NCBI GenBank assembly: GCA_964478485.1 | Contig: CAYZJE010000017.1 | Coordinates: 6,065 to 70,064 of the forward strand | DNA: 64,000 nucleotides | Origin: an uncultured Syntrophobacter sp. | GTDB lineage: Bacteria; Desulfobacterota; Binatia; UBA9968 | Direction: 5' to 3' | Shown here: one piece after another, positions 1 to 10,792 of the stretch | Layout of the letters: each line of letters opens with the position of its first letter | Position numbering within the stretch: position 1 is the stretch's first letter | The notes under the pieces: model-generated | What the model saw: only the letters and a program-made list of their open reading frames with translations | Databases searched by the model: none | What the model was told of the DNA's origin: nothing | Made by a program: the position numbers and the translations under genes

Positions 1-328
1 GACTTAGCGATGCTGACCACAGTGGTGGGCCGCAAAACCAATTTATCGACCGGCACTTCATCAAGCCGCGCGGTCTTGCGAAACGCTTCAAACACCGAAG
101 GAAGTGTCAGGCACGTGCCCGAGTCGCTACCGATAACCATTCCCTTTTCTTGATGATTCTTGGGTCCGAGAAAGAACTTTACTGATGTCGGCAAGACATC
201 GTCCGGCATCCATTGATGATTCAATGGCATCGTCAATTCAAGGAATTTCATAATCCTCCCATCCTAACGTCAGAAATTTTCGCCCTGTCTTAAATGAATG
301 TTGATCTCATTCTAGATGAAGCAAAAGG

Positions 329-1447
329 TTACATGGCCAAAACCCGCATCCGGTCAGCGGGCAGTTCCACCCAGACATGCTGCCCCTTTTTTAATTCCGC
401 CACGTACGGACTTGTTTCCGCGCGGATATGAAATTCTCCGCTATCGATTTCGTATCCCACTCGGTTTCCCGTAAATACCGCGCTCTTCACCGTACCGGGG
501 AAGAGATTGTCACGCGCCTCGCCCTGTTCCGTATGGACCATTACGGCTTCCGGCCGGAACATCACAGAAACCGGCTGACCCGCCTTTATACCCGGCGGCA
601 GCGGGCAGCGAAGCGGTCCGAGGGAAGTCTCCACACGGCCGAAATCATTTGGCTCGTTCGACAAGGCGCGCCCTTGAATCACATTGGTCGTACCGACAAA
701 TCCCGCGACGAATAAATTCGCCGGCTCTTTGTAGATCTCCATCGGCGCGCCCAGTTGGACGACCTGCCCGCCGTGCATGACCGCGATGCGGTGCGATAAG
801 ACCAGGGCCTCCTCCTGATCGTGGGTGACGTACAACGCGGTGAGCTTCAATCTCTCGAAGAGATCGCGCAACTCATGGCGCATCTCTACCCGGAGCTTGG
901 CGTCCAGGTTGCTCAAAGGTTCGTCGAAAAGCAGCAGCTGCGGCTGAGCGACCAAAGCTCGCGCCACAGCCACGCGCTGCTGCTGCCCGCCGCTCAGCAG
1001 CGAGGCAGGACGTTTTCCTAACTCGCCCATCTGAACGAGTTGCAAGATTTCTTTGACCCGTTGGGCGGTTTCACTTTTTGTTAGCCGATGCCGGCCATGT
1101 GTGAGCGGGTAACCGACATTCTGCGCAACGCTCATATGAGGCCACACGGCATAGGATTGAAACACCATGCCGATTTCTCTCTCATGAACCGGAATCAGCA
1201 AACCTTTCTTGCTCGAGAAAACCGGCTTATCGTTGATCCAAATCTCTCCAGAGTCGGGAATCTCCAAACCCGCAATGCATCGGAGCGTCGTTGTTTTGCC
1301 GCAGCCGGAAGATCCCAACAGCGCGAAAAACTCGCCCGTTTTTACCTCGAAGGAGACATCGCGAACCGCGTCAACCTTGCCCTCTCCGGTAACGAAAGCC
1401 TTATTGAGTCCCTCTACGCGTAACATTGAAAACCCTTTTAGCGACAT
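329..1447 (-). CDS. ABC transporter ATP-binding subunit (PotA/FbpC/MalK-like with C-terminal TOBE-type domain)
   Basis: Walker A GSSGCGKTT, ABC signature LSGGQQQRVAVARAL, Walker B LLLFDEP; last gene of a permease-SBP-ATPase operon. Confidence 0.9.
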   Translation of the reverse strand: MSLKGFSMLRVEGLNKAFVTGEGKVDAVRDVSFEVKTGEFFALLGSSGCGKTTTLRCIAGLEIPDSGEIWINDKPVFSSKKGLLIPVHEREIGMVFQSYAVWPHMSVAQNVGYPLTHGRHRLTKSETAQRVKEILQLVQMGELGKRPASLLSGGQQQRVAVARALVAQPQLLLFDEPLSNLDAKLRVEMRHELRDLFERLKLTALYVTHDQEEALVLSHRIAVMHGGQVVQLGAPMEIYKEPANLFVAGFVGTTNVIQGRALSNEPNDFGRVETSLGPLRCPLPPGIKAGQPVSVMFRPEAVMVHTEQGEARDNLFPGTVKSAVFTGNRVGYEIDSGEFHIRAETSPYVAELKKGQHVWVELPADRMRVLAM

Positions 1448-1486
1448 TAAGTAGATTGCGGCGCAGGCTTTTCCAAATACTCGCTC

Positions 1487-2608
1487 CTAAGGCATGAGAG
1501 CCTGGAGAGCCTTTCTGACCTTGTCGCGCTGCCCGGCGATGATCTCTTCCGGAGTCCATTCCAATATTTTCGCCGTCGGCATGGCTTTGAGCGTTTTCGC
1601 AAGCTGGGAGCGTGGATCAGCAAAAGTGCCCTCGCCGTTTATCCGCTCAACCAGCGGCAACCCGTCCTCTAAAATAAAAGCAAGATAGAGCAACGCCAGG
1701 TTCGGGCTCTTGGCACCCTTCGGAATCGTAAGGCCGATCGAGCCAAGGATCATCACATCCTCGAATAATTTGGTCTGGATCGGATAGCCTTCCTTCCTTA
1801 AACCTTCAGTGCCGCCGATATTAGCCGCCGCCGCCGCCACTTCTCCCAGGGCCACAGCCATGCGCACGTCGCCGCTGCTGCGCTTGATCAGCGGCTTGTT
1901 GGCGAGAAGCATTTGCAGAACTTTCTTCTGCTTCTCTATATCCCAGAACCCTTGGATCGCCATATCCGCGAGCGGGCTGGCGGGTCCGATGGTATTGATA
2001 GCAAAGTTGCCTTTCCATTTCGGGTCGGCAAAACCCTTGCCTTCGGCAAATTCTGCGTAGGTCCGCGGCAATTGATCGGCGCTGGTTCTCTTCGTATTGT
2101 AGACAATGCCTGATGCCAGCGTTGTCACGTCCACCGAATAGGGACGTTTCCACGCCGCGACGTTTTTGAGAACTCCTTCGAGCCCCTTAAATTTCGGGCT
2201 AAAAATCTTGACCAGCGGAGTATCGATATCCTCGAAAAGCGCGAGCCTCTCAGGCCGTCCTGCGATATCGCTCGCGCCCGCATAAAGCAGGTCGGCGTCG
2301 ACACGCCCCACTTTAACTTCAGTCAGGAACCTAAGTATTGAATCGGGATTGGTGACAGGTGTCAGACTCACGCGCGGCGCGAATCCGAAGCGCTTCTTGA
2401 AAGCCGCCTCGAACTGCTCTCCCAGGCCTCGTTCGCCCGGCACTTCCCACCACAGGCGCAACTCTCCTTCTTTCTTGGCTCGGTCCAATATTTCCTCATA
2501 GGTCTTGCCGAATACCTGAGCCACTGCAGGCACCGCGGCGAGCAAAAGAACCCCGAAACAAAGCACACCTGCAACAAATTTTCTCCGATCATCGATCTTC
2601 ATGTTCAC
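1487..2608 (-). CDS. ABC transporter periplasmic substrate-binding protein (extracellular solute-binding family 1, iron(III)/polyamine/thiamine type)
   Basis: N-terminal signal peptide (hydrophobic run ending AVPAVAQ); size and position between ABC permease and ATPase. Confidence 0.75.
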   Translation of the reverse strand: MNMKIDDRRKFVAGVLCFGVLLLAAVPAVAQVFGKTYEEILDRAKKEGELRLWWEVPGERGLGEQFEAAFKKRFGFAPRVSLTPVTNPDSILRFLTEVKVGRVDADLLYAGASDIAGRPERLALFEDIDTPLVKIFSPKFKGLEGVLKNVAAWKRPYSVDVTTLASGIVYNTKRTSADQLPRTYAEFAEGKGFADPKWKGNFAINTIGPASPLADMAIQGFWDIEKQKKVLQMLLANKPLIKRSSGDVRMAVALGEVAAAAANIGGTEGLRKEGYPIQTKLFEDVMILGSIGLTIPKGAKSPNLALLYLAFILEDGLPLVERINGEGTFADPRSQLAKTLKAMPTAKILEWTPEEIIAGQRDKVRKALQALMP

Positions 2609-2644
2609 TCCTTTGTCGACTAAAGTATTTTTCGATAACTGACT

Positions 2645-4360
2645 CTAACCCACTTCCCAACCCGCCTTTGTTCTCTGTCGTTGATCCATGTAGCGCGCGG
2701 CGATCGTCACGAAAACAAATCCGCACATATAGACAGTGCCAAGCGCAGCCGTGCCTGAGATATCAGGAACATTCCACAAAACCCACATCGCCGAAGGCAA
2801 TACCATATTCCGACCTGTCATTAGAAAGATCGCGAAAGTAAAATCTCTCAGCGTAGCGGAAAAGGCCCATAGCCAGCCATTCACCACCGCGGGCAAAATC
2901 AGAGGCACGGTGACCGTGCGTAGAGTTCGAGCCGTAGTCGCGCCGGTGACGTGCGCCGCTTCCTCCAACTCCTTGTGCAGTTGCAGCAGCGCCGCGCTCA
3001 GCACCCGGGTAGTAAAAGGCAAATGGGCGATAATATGCGCGATGATCAAAACCCAGATGCTGCCGTGGATCGGCGTCATGACATAGATCAGGAAGAGCGC
3101 GAGCGCCAGGACGACGTTGGGAACCCCCATGGGCGTTATCGCGAAAACTTCTACCCATCGCATCTTCCGCTTTACCGATAACCAACTGGCGCAAAACGCG
3201 AGAAAGACCGCGAGCGTCGGCGCGATCACCATGAGCGTCAATGTATTCGCCGCGCTTTGCTGCACCAGCGGATTGGCCAGCGTGCGGAAATAGCTTTGCA
3301 GGCTTACCTGGCTCAACGCTTCGAAAGAAGGCGCTTGGTAAACTTTCACCAGGCTCGCCCAAACCAAGATCAGCATCGGCATGGCGTAGCAGGCAATAAC
3401 AATCACCACAAACGAAAACGCGATGTATTTCCAACTGCCTAACTTGAGCTGGCGCGGCCTGAAGGATTTCCCGGTGACGACGCTGAATTGATCTTGCTGG
3501 CGGGTTAGCCAGAAATAGACTCCCATCAGCGACAGCGCGAGCAGCAGCAAAACGACGCCGAAGGCCGCCGCCAGACCGTACAAAGGAATGCCGTCTTCCG
3601 CCTTGGTTAATAAATAGATGTGCACGCTGAGCACGCGGATTCCGCCGGGCACACCGATCGCAAGCGCGGTTTCCATCACCTGAACCAATACCATTCCGAA
3701 GTAGATCACAGCGGATAAGAGACCGGGCAATAAAAGCGGCAGCGTCACTTTGCGCAGCACAGTGAACGCTTTACTGCCCGACGTTTGTGCCGCTTCTTCA
3801 AATTCGGGATTCATCTGTCGAAACAGCGGGCTCAGCATTAAAAAAGCGTTGTTGCTGAGCCCAATGCCGGTGACAAATATCATTCCGGTCATTGTGTAAA
3901 TATTGAGAGGCCCACTTGCCCCTTCCAGGCCGAAACCTTGGCGCAGCAAATGATTTATCCATCCGAGTCCCGGCGACAAAAGCAGCACCCAGCCGAATGC
4001 TTTCAACATCGTCGGCACCGCGAGTGATACAAGCATCGCTGTGTATATCGCGGAACGAAACGGTATATCAGTCCGCTCTACCAAAAAAGCTATGATCGCG
4101 CCCAAGATAAGCGACAAGAAAAGTGCACCGGCACCGTAAATGACGGTGTTCGCCAATACTTTAGCCATCCTTGGATTAGAAAAAATCGTTGCAAAATTTT
4201 CGAGCGATATACCTGGATCGAGGGGAAGGGCGGAAGGGGGACGTAGACTAGTAATGAATAATACGACGAGCGGAGCTCCAAGCAGAAGAACGACTACAGC
4301 TGCAATGACGATTGTCAGCAGCCGGCCTTGGCCGCTAAATCTGGCCGGACTATCCACCAA
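2645..4360 (-). CDS. ABC transporter permease, fused two-domain type (FbpB/ThiP-like, 571 aa, about 12 TM helices)
   Basis: two repeats of the polytopic MetI-like permease fold, highly hydrophobic; first gene of the operon. Confidence 0.85.
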   Translation of the reverse strand: MVDSPARFSGQGRLLTIVIAAVVVLLLGAPLVVLFITSLRPPSALPLDPGISLENFATIFSNPRMAKVLANTVIYGAGALFLSLILGAIIAFLVERTDIPFRSAIYTAMLVSLAVPTMLKAFGWVLLLSPGLGWINHLLRQGFGLEGASGPLNIYTMTGMIFVTGIGLSNNAFLMLSPLFRQMNPEFEEAAQTSGSKAFTVLRKVTLPLLLPGLLSAVIYFGMVLVQVMETALAIGVPGGIRVLSVHIYLLTKAEDGIPLYGLAAAFGVVLLLLALSLMGVYFWLTRQQDQFSVVTGKSFRPRQLKLGSWKYIAFSFVVIVIACYAMPMLILVWASLVKVYQAPSFEALSQVSLQSYFRTLANPLVQQSAANTLTLMVIAPTLAVFLAFCASWLSVKRKMRWVEVFAITPMGVPNVVLALALFLIYVMTPIHGSIWVLIIAHIIAHLPFTTRVLSAALLQLHKELEEAAHVTGATTARTLRTVTVPLILPAVVNGWLWAFSATLRDFTFAIFLMTGRNMVLPSAMWVLWNVPDISGTAALGTVYMCGFVFVTIAARYMDQRQRTKAGWEVG

Positions 4361-5180
4361 GTTTCTCCGTTTCTAAAAGGCCGAATACGTCAAAGCTTAG
4401 TATTACTTCGGAAAACTACCAAAAGTCCTGGTGATCTTGGTTATAACAGTCACCTATCTTTTATTGGCTTGAGCATTCGGTGAGATCTCAAATTTTTGGA
4501 GTCATATATCTCGTGGGTTCATCCAAAAAAAAGTCAACGCTTTGTTTCTACTACTGCACACGATCAAAGTAAATCTATCGTTGGCATCCCAGTTAGCAAG
4601 TATATTTTGTGCTAACACAACTCGACAAACACTGCGGGCATTGTTGGTCTGTGCGCCCCTACAGCCGTGAAAAAACTGGCAGCAGTCTGATATTCTTTCG
4701 CAGGATTGGATTGAACGACACTTCAATTCACTCGTGGATAAATGATTGATCACTTGATTGGTAATCAATCGGCCGGATAGATACTACATAATTGTGCGTT
4801 CACCATAACATCCCTCAAATTCCTTGCTCGGTGCCCATCTTGGATGCTACCTTCAGCGGCACCGATAGTGTCGGATGGAGCACCATGCGGAGATCGCCGA
4901 TCATGTTTTTGCGGAGTAAGGGACCGGCGCGAATGGGCTCGCGTGGCGCACGGCCTGAGCCGCTGAGACGTCGAAAGTTATATCACCTGATGATTTTTCC
5001 ACTCGTACGTTGGACACTGCACGAATTTTCATGAGCAGTCGACCCGCTGATGGCTTGACATTACTAACGCCTTGTCTTAGATGCGAGGACGACAGATATG
5101 TTCAATTCAATCGCATTTTTGCAAAAGAGAGTTTAATACGAAAATATCAGAACGAATCGAAATCACTTTAAGCTGAACGC

Positions 5181-6140
5181 ATGACTAATATCCGCCTTTC
5201 GTTATCCTGCGGCGACTACGACCGGACACGGCCGCTTATTGACGGCACTGTTCCTACTCCGGGTTTAGATCTAACGATCATACCCCTTCCGTCCGCCGAG
5301 CGTCACGCCCGATTCGTTCGCCACTTGGAATTCGACGTCTGCGAGCTTCAGATCGCGCAGTACCTAGGTTTAAAAAGCCGAGGAGTACCGATCACTGCGA
5401 TTCCCGTGTTTCCTCATCGCCGATTCAATCATAGCTGCGTCATGATACGCATGGACTCCAATATCGCGCGGCCGGAGGATCTGCGCGGCCGCCGCGTTGG
5501 CGTACATGGTCATTTCAATCCGATCGCGCTCTGGATTCGTGGTCTGCTGCAACATGAGTTCGACTTGCCGCCGCGCGAGATCCATTGGGTCGCGGACGGG
5601 TCCGAGGATATGCCGGACTGGGCTCCACCGCCGTGGCTCCGCTTTGAGCGCGCACCTGCCGGTCGAAATATGCAAGATTTGCTGAAGACGGGCGAATTGG
5701 ACGCTCAAATCCTTTCGGATAGTGGGGCTGACGCTTCTACCATCAACAAAGTCGTGCGTCGGCTCTGGCCCAACTACCGCGAAGTCGAGGCCGAGTACTT
5801 TCGCCGCACCGGTATTTTTCCGATTCGCCATCTTGTCGTCGTCAAAGACGAAGTGCTCCAGCATAATCCCGCCGTAGCGACATATCTCGTAAACGCTTTC
5901 GACGCCGCCAAGCAACAAGCTTATCGATATTGGGCTGACCACCGTCGCTCCTCTCTGGCCTGGTTCGGCGCCGAACAGGAAGAGGAGCGCGCCCTGCTCG
6001 GTATCGATCCCTGGCCCTACTCGATCGAGAAGAACCAAGTCGTCCTTGAAACGCTGCTGGATTATGCCTTTGAGCAAGGGCTTACCGAGCGCCGCCTAGA
6101 CATCAAGGAGATATTTGCGCCGAGCACACGGAACAGTTAA
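5181..6140 (+). CDS. PhtD/Pht5-like protein (4,5-dihydroxyphthalate decarboxylase family, cytoplasmic PBP-fold)
   Basis: N-terminal LSLSCGDYDRTRPL motif recalled from the 4,5-dihydroxyphthalate decarboxylase family; no signal peptide; paralog of 43492-44487. Confidence 0.55.
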   Translation: MTNIRLSLSCGDYDRTRPLIDGTVPTPGLDLTIIPLPSAERHARFVRHLEFDVCELQIAQYLGLKSRGVPITAIPVFPHRRFNHSCVMIRMDSNIARPEDLRGRRVGVHGHFNPIALWIRGLLQHEFDLPPREIHWVADGSEDMPDWAPPPWLRFERAPAGRNMQDLLKTGELDAQILSDSGADASTINKVVRRLWPNYREVEAEYFRRTGIFPIRHLVVVKDEVLQHNPAVATYLVNAFDAAKQQAYRYWADHRRSSLAWFGAEQEEERALLGIDPWPYSIEKNQVVLETLLDYAFEQGLTERRLDIKEIFAPSTRNS

Positions 6141-6241
6141 CAGATGAGAATAACCCTCAAGATTACACGCGAGATAGGTCCCGCGAACATCAATAGTCTC
6201 AATAGGATCCGGTCGCTTAACGAAGGGCTGAGGAAAAGCAA

Positions 6242-6493
6242 ATGAGCCTTTACCAAGTCGATAAGCTTCTATTCGCTTTGTTCAATGATTTGGAACTGCA
6301 ACAAAAATACCAAGAGGACCCCAGTGAAGTTCTCAAACGCTATGACTTGCAGGACTTCGAGCTGAAGGCGCTGCGAGACGTCAATGCCGGTGAACTTTAC
6401 CGGATGGGCGTGCACAGCTTTCTGCTCTGGCAGTTTTCGCGGCTGATGGATCTCAAACCAGCGATCTATTTCAAGCAAGTACGAGGAGAATAG
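6242..6493 (+). CDS. LigA-like small subunit of a LigAB-type extradiol ring-cleavage dioxygenase (unusually short, 83 aa)
   Basis: pattern LN-F-x-SL...ER..F..D..AY.....L......AV..RD...M...G.N.YFL.KL resembles the protocatechuate 4,5-dioxygenase alpha subunit; 4-nt gap to the LigB-like gene. Confidence 0.55.
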   Translation: MSLYQVDKLLFALFNDLELQQKYQEDPSEVLKRYDLQDFELKALRDVNAGELYRMGVHSFLLWQFSRLMDLKPAIYFKQVRGE

Positions 6494-6496
6494 TTT

Positions 6497-7333
6497 ATGG
6501 GTAAAGTCATCCTGGGGCTCGCCGCGCCGCACAATCCCAATATCACGTCGCACCCGGACAAGATGTCGCCCGAGGTTCAGAGCAAGCTCGACTCTGCGTT
6601 CGGTCATTTGAAAGGGCGCTTGTCGGAAGCTTCTCCCGATTGTCTGTTAATATTGACCAGCGATCACGTGACCAACTTTTTCTACAACAACGCGCCGATG
6701 TTTTGTCTCGGCGTCTCCGACACCTGCACCGGCCCCGCGCCCAAGGAATTGTCGGAGCTGAACATTCCTCGCGCCACTTTGAAAGTGGACACAACGATGG
6801 CTAAAGGACTGCTCAACTACGGCATCGAAAGCGGCATAGACTTCAGTTACTCCAGGGAAATGATCCTGGACCATGCCTTCATGGTACCGTTGAGTCTGCT
6901 GACACCGCACATGGACCTACCGATCGTGCCGTTGCATATCAATGGCATGCTGCCGCCCCGACCCACTGCCGCGCGATGTTTTCGCCTCGGCGAGCAAATC
7001 GGCGGATACATCCGCAATCACTACGAAGGTAACGTCGCGGTGCTGGCGAGCGGCAGTTTTTCCGGAGATATCGGCGGACCCAAGATGGGCTCCATCGACA
7101 CCGCGCTGGACTTGGAGTTCCTCGATTTAGTCAAAGACGCCAAGGGTCAAGAGATGGTCAACAAAGCCACTACGGAGACTCTCGAACGGGCGGGAGTGGC
7201 CAATGAAATCCTGATTTGGATCACGCTTCAGGGCGTGCTCGGCAATCTGAAACCTTCTTTCACGGACTATATTTGCGGCAAAGATTGGTCCACCGCGGCA
7301 ACTCTGGCGACATGGCAGCCAACCTTGCGCTAG
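6497..7333 (+). CDS. Extradiol ring-cleavage dioxygenase class III catalytic subunit (LigB family)
   Basis: matches LigB blocks: LLILTSDHVTNF (cf. VILVYNDHASAF), DHAFMVPLSLL (cf. DHGCTVPLSMIF), VAVLASGSFSG (cf. VHVWGTGGMSH). Confidence 0.8.
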   Translation: MGKVILGLAAPHNPNITSHPDKMSPEVQSKLDSAFGHLKGRLSEASPDCLLILTSDHVTNFFYNNAPMFCLGVSDTCTGPAPKELSELNIPRATLKVDTTMAKGLLNYGIESGIDFSYSREMILDHAFMVPLSLLTPHMDLPIVPLHINGMLPPRPTAARCFRLGEQIGGYIRNHYEGNVAVLASGSFSGDIGGPKMGSIDTALDLEFLDLVKDAKGQEMVNKATTETLERAGVANEILIWITLQGVLGNLKPSFTDYICGKDWSTAATLATWQPTLR

Positions 7334-7419
7334 CCGTAGATCTAAGAAACACACAAAAAAGTTGATCGACGTTCCCGACAAACCGCCGGACCTAGTTGGC
7401 GCGATCCGGAATCCGCAAG

Positions 7420-8457
7420 TCAAAAATCGTATTTTGCCACGACCAATTTAACCCTCTCGTACGCAGGCTGAAGCTCCGGCCGCTTGAGAAGGTCTTGAAA
7501 AGCTTTTTTGACAGCGGAATCGCGGAGCAAAGATTCCACGTCGATGGGGGCCTTTAGATCTCCTATCGCCGTCATTCCCTGAATGATCCCTTTCAAACTA
7601 TCAGCGGTAACTCCTCCATCGATGGGCAGCGCCCAACCATCGACTTTTTCCAAACTGGTCACAATGAATAATTCGCGTTCTTCGTCATTATGGCTTTCGC
7701 TGCGAAGGCGGCTTTCGAGCTTGCGAAGATAATCGAAATTCGCCGTATCACGCATAAACCAGAATGCGCGAATCATGCCCCGAAAATACGCTCGAAGCTC
7801 ATCCGCACGGGACTCGATGGCCCTTTTCGTGGCCACAGTCACTTTTCCCGGTCTGCGCGGAAATACCACACGAGGGTCCATTAAAACAGGAAACCCTTCG
7901 CTCTCGATCTGCTTGGAAAAAGGCGGAAATGACGGCATGGCATCGACCACCCTATTGCGGAGCATGTCGACATGCTTGGGATCGTTGCCGTAACCAAACA
8001 CCGGGTCAAACACCCATGTGACTTCCTTTTCCGGATCGATCCCGGCTTGCAACAACAGAGTGGCCATGAAGCCGTAAACAAGTCCTTCCTTTTCACGAAT
8101 ACCCAGTCGGCGCCCTTTCAATTGGCGGATATCAGAAATGCCTTTTTGGCTGTACCATTTTAGATCCGGATCGTAGCGCCATCCGCCCACGATATAGACA
8201 TCGGCGCCTAAAGATCTCTGATAAATCGCCGCGGAAATATCGACCGCCGTTGCGATGTCCACGCCGTGCTCGACCATTGCCGGGCCGAGTCCTTGTTTCT
8301 CGATCGTCGCCGGGATCAAGCCGCGGCCATCGTAGTCGAATTTCTCGAGTCCTTCCTCTTTGAAGTAGCCCTGTTCCTTGGCCACGTACACAGCAATTTG
8401 TTGTCCCACGTGGTAATTACTATTGGCAATCAGCAAGGGCTGGCCGGCGGTACTCAT
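7420..8457 (-). CDS. NMT1/SsuA-like PBP-fold protein, cytoplasmic (no signal peptide)
   Basis: family resemblance to NMT1/THI5/SsuA periplasmic-binding fold; 55-60 % identical paralog at 10789-11838 (shared LLIAN-NYHVG, GADVYIVGGWRY, DP-VFPRRPGKVTVA). Confidence 0.55.
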   Translation of the reverse strand: MSTAGQPLLIANSNYHVGQQIAVYVAKEQGYFKEEGLEKFDYDGRGLIPATIEKQGLGPAMVEHGVDIATAVDISAAIYQRSLGADVYIVGGWRYDPDLKWYSQKGISDIRQLKGRRLGIREKEGLVYGFMATLLLQAGIDPEKEVTWVFDPVFGYGNDPKHVDMLRNRVVDAMPSFPPFSKQIESEGFPVLMDPRVVFPRRPGKVTVATKRAIESRADELRAYFRGMIRAFWFMRDTANFDYLRKLESRLRSESHNDEERELFIVTSLEKVDGWALPIDGGVTADSLKGIIQGMTAIGDLKAPIDVESLLRDSAVKKAFQDLLKRPELQPAYERVKLVVAKYDF

Positions 8458-8569
8458 GCTGGGTTCTCCTCATTGAGAAAAAATTGTTCGGCCCTTACAG
8501 GAGCCGTGCTGCCTGTGAGTCCGTGCGCTACGTTGACTGATTTCGGAATTTCTGACCGGACGCCTAGAA

Positions 8570-9535
8570 CTAGCTACCGGTTTCCTGTTCGACGCGCTTG
8601 AGATAGCTGTTATCGACAAACTCCGTTAGTTTTAAGCCGCGCAGAGTTGGATTCGCCTCGGTCAAATAAGAGAGGAAAATACGCAGGTCTTCGACATTGG
8701 TATACGGATAGACCGGAATCGGCTCCACGTTTCGACGATACAGATGATCCATGAAGGAAGGATCCGTGCTGGGGAGATAGCGATTGTATATCCGTAGGAC
8801 TTCTTGGCGGTTTTTCGGGTCCTTAGCCCACCGTCGGCCTTGTACCAACGCCCTCATCGTACGTAGGACCACTTCCTTATTTTGGTCGCGAAAACTTCGT
8901 GTCGTGAGATAAGAATTCCCCATGACTTTGATGCCCATTTCCATCGCGTCGGCCAAAGCATAATAAGGAATCTTTAATTGCTCGAAGCGGTCGGTGGCCG
9001 TGACCACACCCGAGACAAGCCCTGATTTGAATGCCGCTACTCTCTGATTTCCCCCACCCCCAACTTGTACGAGTTCGACATCGCCGGTCTTCAAGCCGAC
9101 CTTTTCAAGTATTTGGAGCGAAATATAGTAGCTCGTGCCGCCGACCCGGTCGACGACGATCTTTTTGCCTTTTAGATCTTTGGCCGTTTGGACACCTGGT
9201 TGGGTGATCAGTTTGTATTCGATCGGCTCTGCGGTGGCCAAAGCGACCAGGTCAGAACCTCTGGCAGCTGCCAGCGCCGCAGAGTCGACGCCGCCAAGAT
9301 AGAACTGAAGCTCGCCGGCGATGAGAGCTTGTGTCCCTTGGACGCCCGGCGTGATGATAACTTCCGCGGCGAGACCGTTTTTCCTGAAAAAACCCATATC
9401 GTTGGTAACCCAAAGCGCAATGCGGCTGCTGGATATAGATGAATAGCCCATGCGAATCCGGTCAAGTTTCTCAGCAGAAACCGCCTGCAGTGCGCTGCCG
9501 AAGATAACAAGTGCAACAATTATTAAGGACAACAT
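8570..9535 (-). CDS. NMT1/SsuA/TauA-like ABC substrate-binding protein, periplasmic (start taken at internal Met MLSLIIVALVIFGSA, GGGAG RBS upstream)
   Basis: signal peptide; Gly-rich loop VQVGGGGN and overall NMT1-like pattern; paralogs at 9794, 12033 and 36224. Confidence 0.7.
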   Translation of the reverse strand: MLSLIIVALVIFGSALQAVSAEKLDRIRMGYSSISSSRIALWVTNDMGFFRKNGLAAEVIITPGVQGTQALIAGELQFYLGGVDSAALAAARGSDLVALATAEPIEYKLITQPGVQTAKDLKGKKIVVDRVGGTSYYISLQILEKVGLKTGDVELVQVGGGGNQRVAAFKSGLVSGVVTATDRFEQLKIPYYALADAMEMGIKVMGNSYLTTRSFRDQNKEVVLRTMRALVQGRRWAKDPKNRQEVLRIYNRYLPSTDPSFMDHLYRRNVEPIPVYPYTNVEDLRIFLSYLTEANPTLRGLKLTEFVDNSYLKRVEQETGS

Positions 9536-9793
9536 ACACACTCCCGTTGTTTTTTTGCTCGCATTGTCCCTTGTATCCGCGCTTGCCCGCCGGGTCAAGC
9601 AATCGCGTGTTCGGTACATGTTTCTGGTTTTTTGTTAACTGAAAAATAGAAACTGAATATTCACGAATCAGTTTGACCGCGGTTGGGCTAAGCGATAAAG
9701 AGACATTGTAAACTATTCACGCCGATATCATTGGCAGTCATAGTCGCTCGATCGGAAATGAACCGAAGTAATTGGCAACCCAGGGGGGGCTCC

Positions 9794-10792
9794 ATGGAGT
9801 TTAGGCCCAAAGCAAAGCGCTCGCGCGTAACATTGCTCATAGTTTTGACGCTGGCATTTGGCTTAAGCGACAACCGCGTCTCCTTCGCTTTGGACGAAGC
9901 GAAAATTCATGTGGCTGGCACGCCGAACATCACCAGCTTCGTCTACCACGTCGGCAAAGAAAAAGGCTTCTACAGAGAAGAAGGTATCGAGCTTCAACCG
10001 ATCATGGCGGGAATGCTCCAGGGGATTCAGGGGCTGATCGCCGGAAGCTTCGACTACAGCCAGATGCTCGGGGCAGGCGGTGGCGCCATCATGAGAGGTG
10101 CGCCGCTCAAGATCATCATGGCCTTCGATACTCGTCCGTCGTGGTTCGTCCTCGGGACGAAAAATATGAAAAGCATCCAGGATCTCAAAGGCAAGCAATT
10201 AGCGGTTTCCAGTTTTGGCGCCGCGCTGGATCAGATGACCCGTGAGCTGCTACCCCGATTCGGCATGGAACCCATGCGGGACGTCATTCTGCGCGCCATC
10301 GAGCCGCCTCCCAACAGACTCGCTGCTCTCTTGAGCGGCGCGGTAGACGCGGCGGTCTTGACTCACCCTGAAACGATCGTTGCGCGCAGGCAGGGCTTCA
10401 AGGAATTGCTTTTCTTCGGCGACCATATCGAGTTTGTCTCGGCAGGCGTGGTGGCGACGGAGAGAAATATTTCTCAGAAGCCGGATTTCGTCCGGCGTTT
10501 CATACGCGGCGCCCTCAAGACGTTTTACTGGCTCAAGGCCAACGAAAAGGAAGTCGTCGCCAGGCTGGCCAAAGCCACGAAGTCTTCCGAGGCCGATGGC
10601 CTGGAGCTCTACAGGACCGGGCTCAAGCTTTTTTCACAAGACGGCTCCATACCGCGAAGACTCCAGGAGACAATGATCTCGCTGCAGAGAAAAGTCTTGA
10701 ACGTAGAAAAAGAAGTCCCGCCGGAGAGCGTCTATGACTTCAGTTTTGTCCACACTGGAAACAAGGAACTAGGAAAAGGAGAATCGTCATGA
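9794..10792 (+). CDS. NMT1/SsuA-like ABC substrate-binding protein, periplasmic (start taken at MEFRPKAK)
   Basis: signal peptide RVTLLIVLTLAFGLS; about 50 % identical to 12033-13016; divergent from 8570-9535. Confidence 0.7.
   Translation: MEFRPKAKRSRVTLLIVLTLAFGLSDNRVSFALDEAKIHVAGTPNITSFVYHVGKEKGFYREEGIELQPIMAGMLQGIQGLIAGSFDYSQMLGAGGGAIMRGAPLKIIMAFDTRPSWFVLGTKNMKSIQDLKGKQLAVSSFGAALDQMTRELLPRFGMEPMRDVILRAIEPPPNRLAALLSGAVDAAVLTHPETIVARRQGFKELLFFGDHIEFVSAGVVATERNISQKPDFVRRFIRGALKTFYWLKANEKEVVARLAKATKSSEADGLELYRTGLKLFSQDGSIPRRLQETMISLQRKVLNVEKEVPPESVYDFSFVHTGNKELGKGESS

Noticed and set aside
2763-3434. Long antisense ORFs inside established genes (for example 2763-3434, 5370-6077, 22504-23036, 43564-44430, 58150-58785, 61348-62319)
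   Set aside because: They overlap well-supported genes on the opposite strand and have Arg/Ala/Gly-rich compositions typical of shadow ORFs in high-GC DNA.
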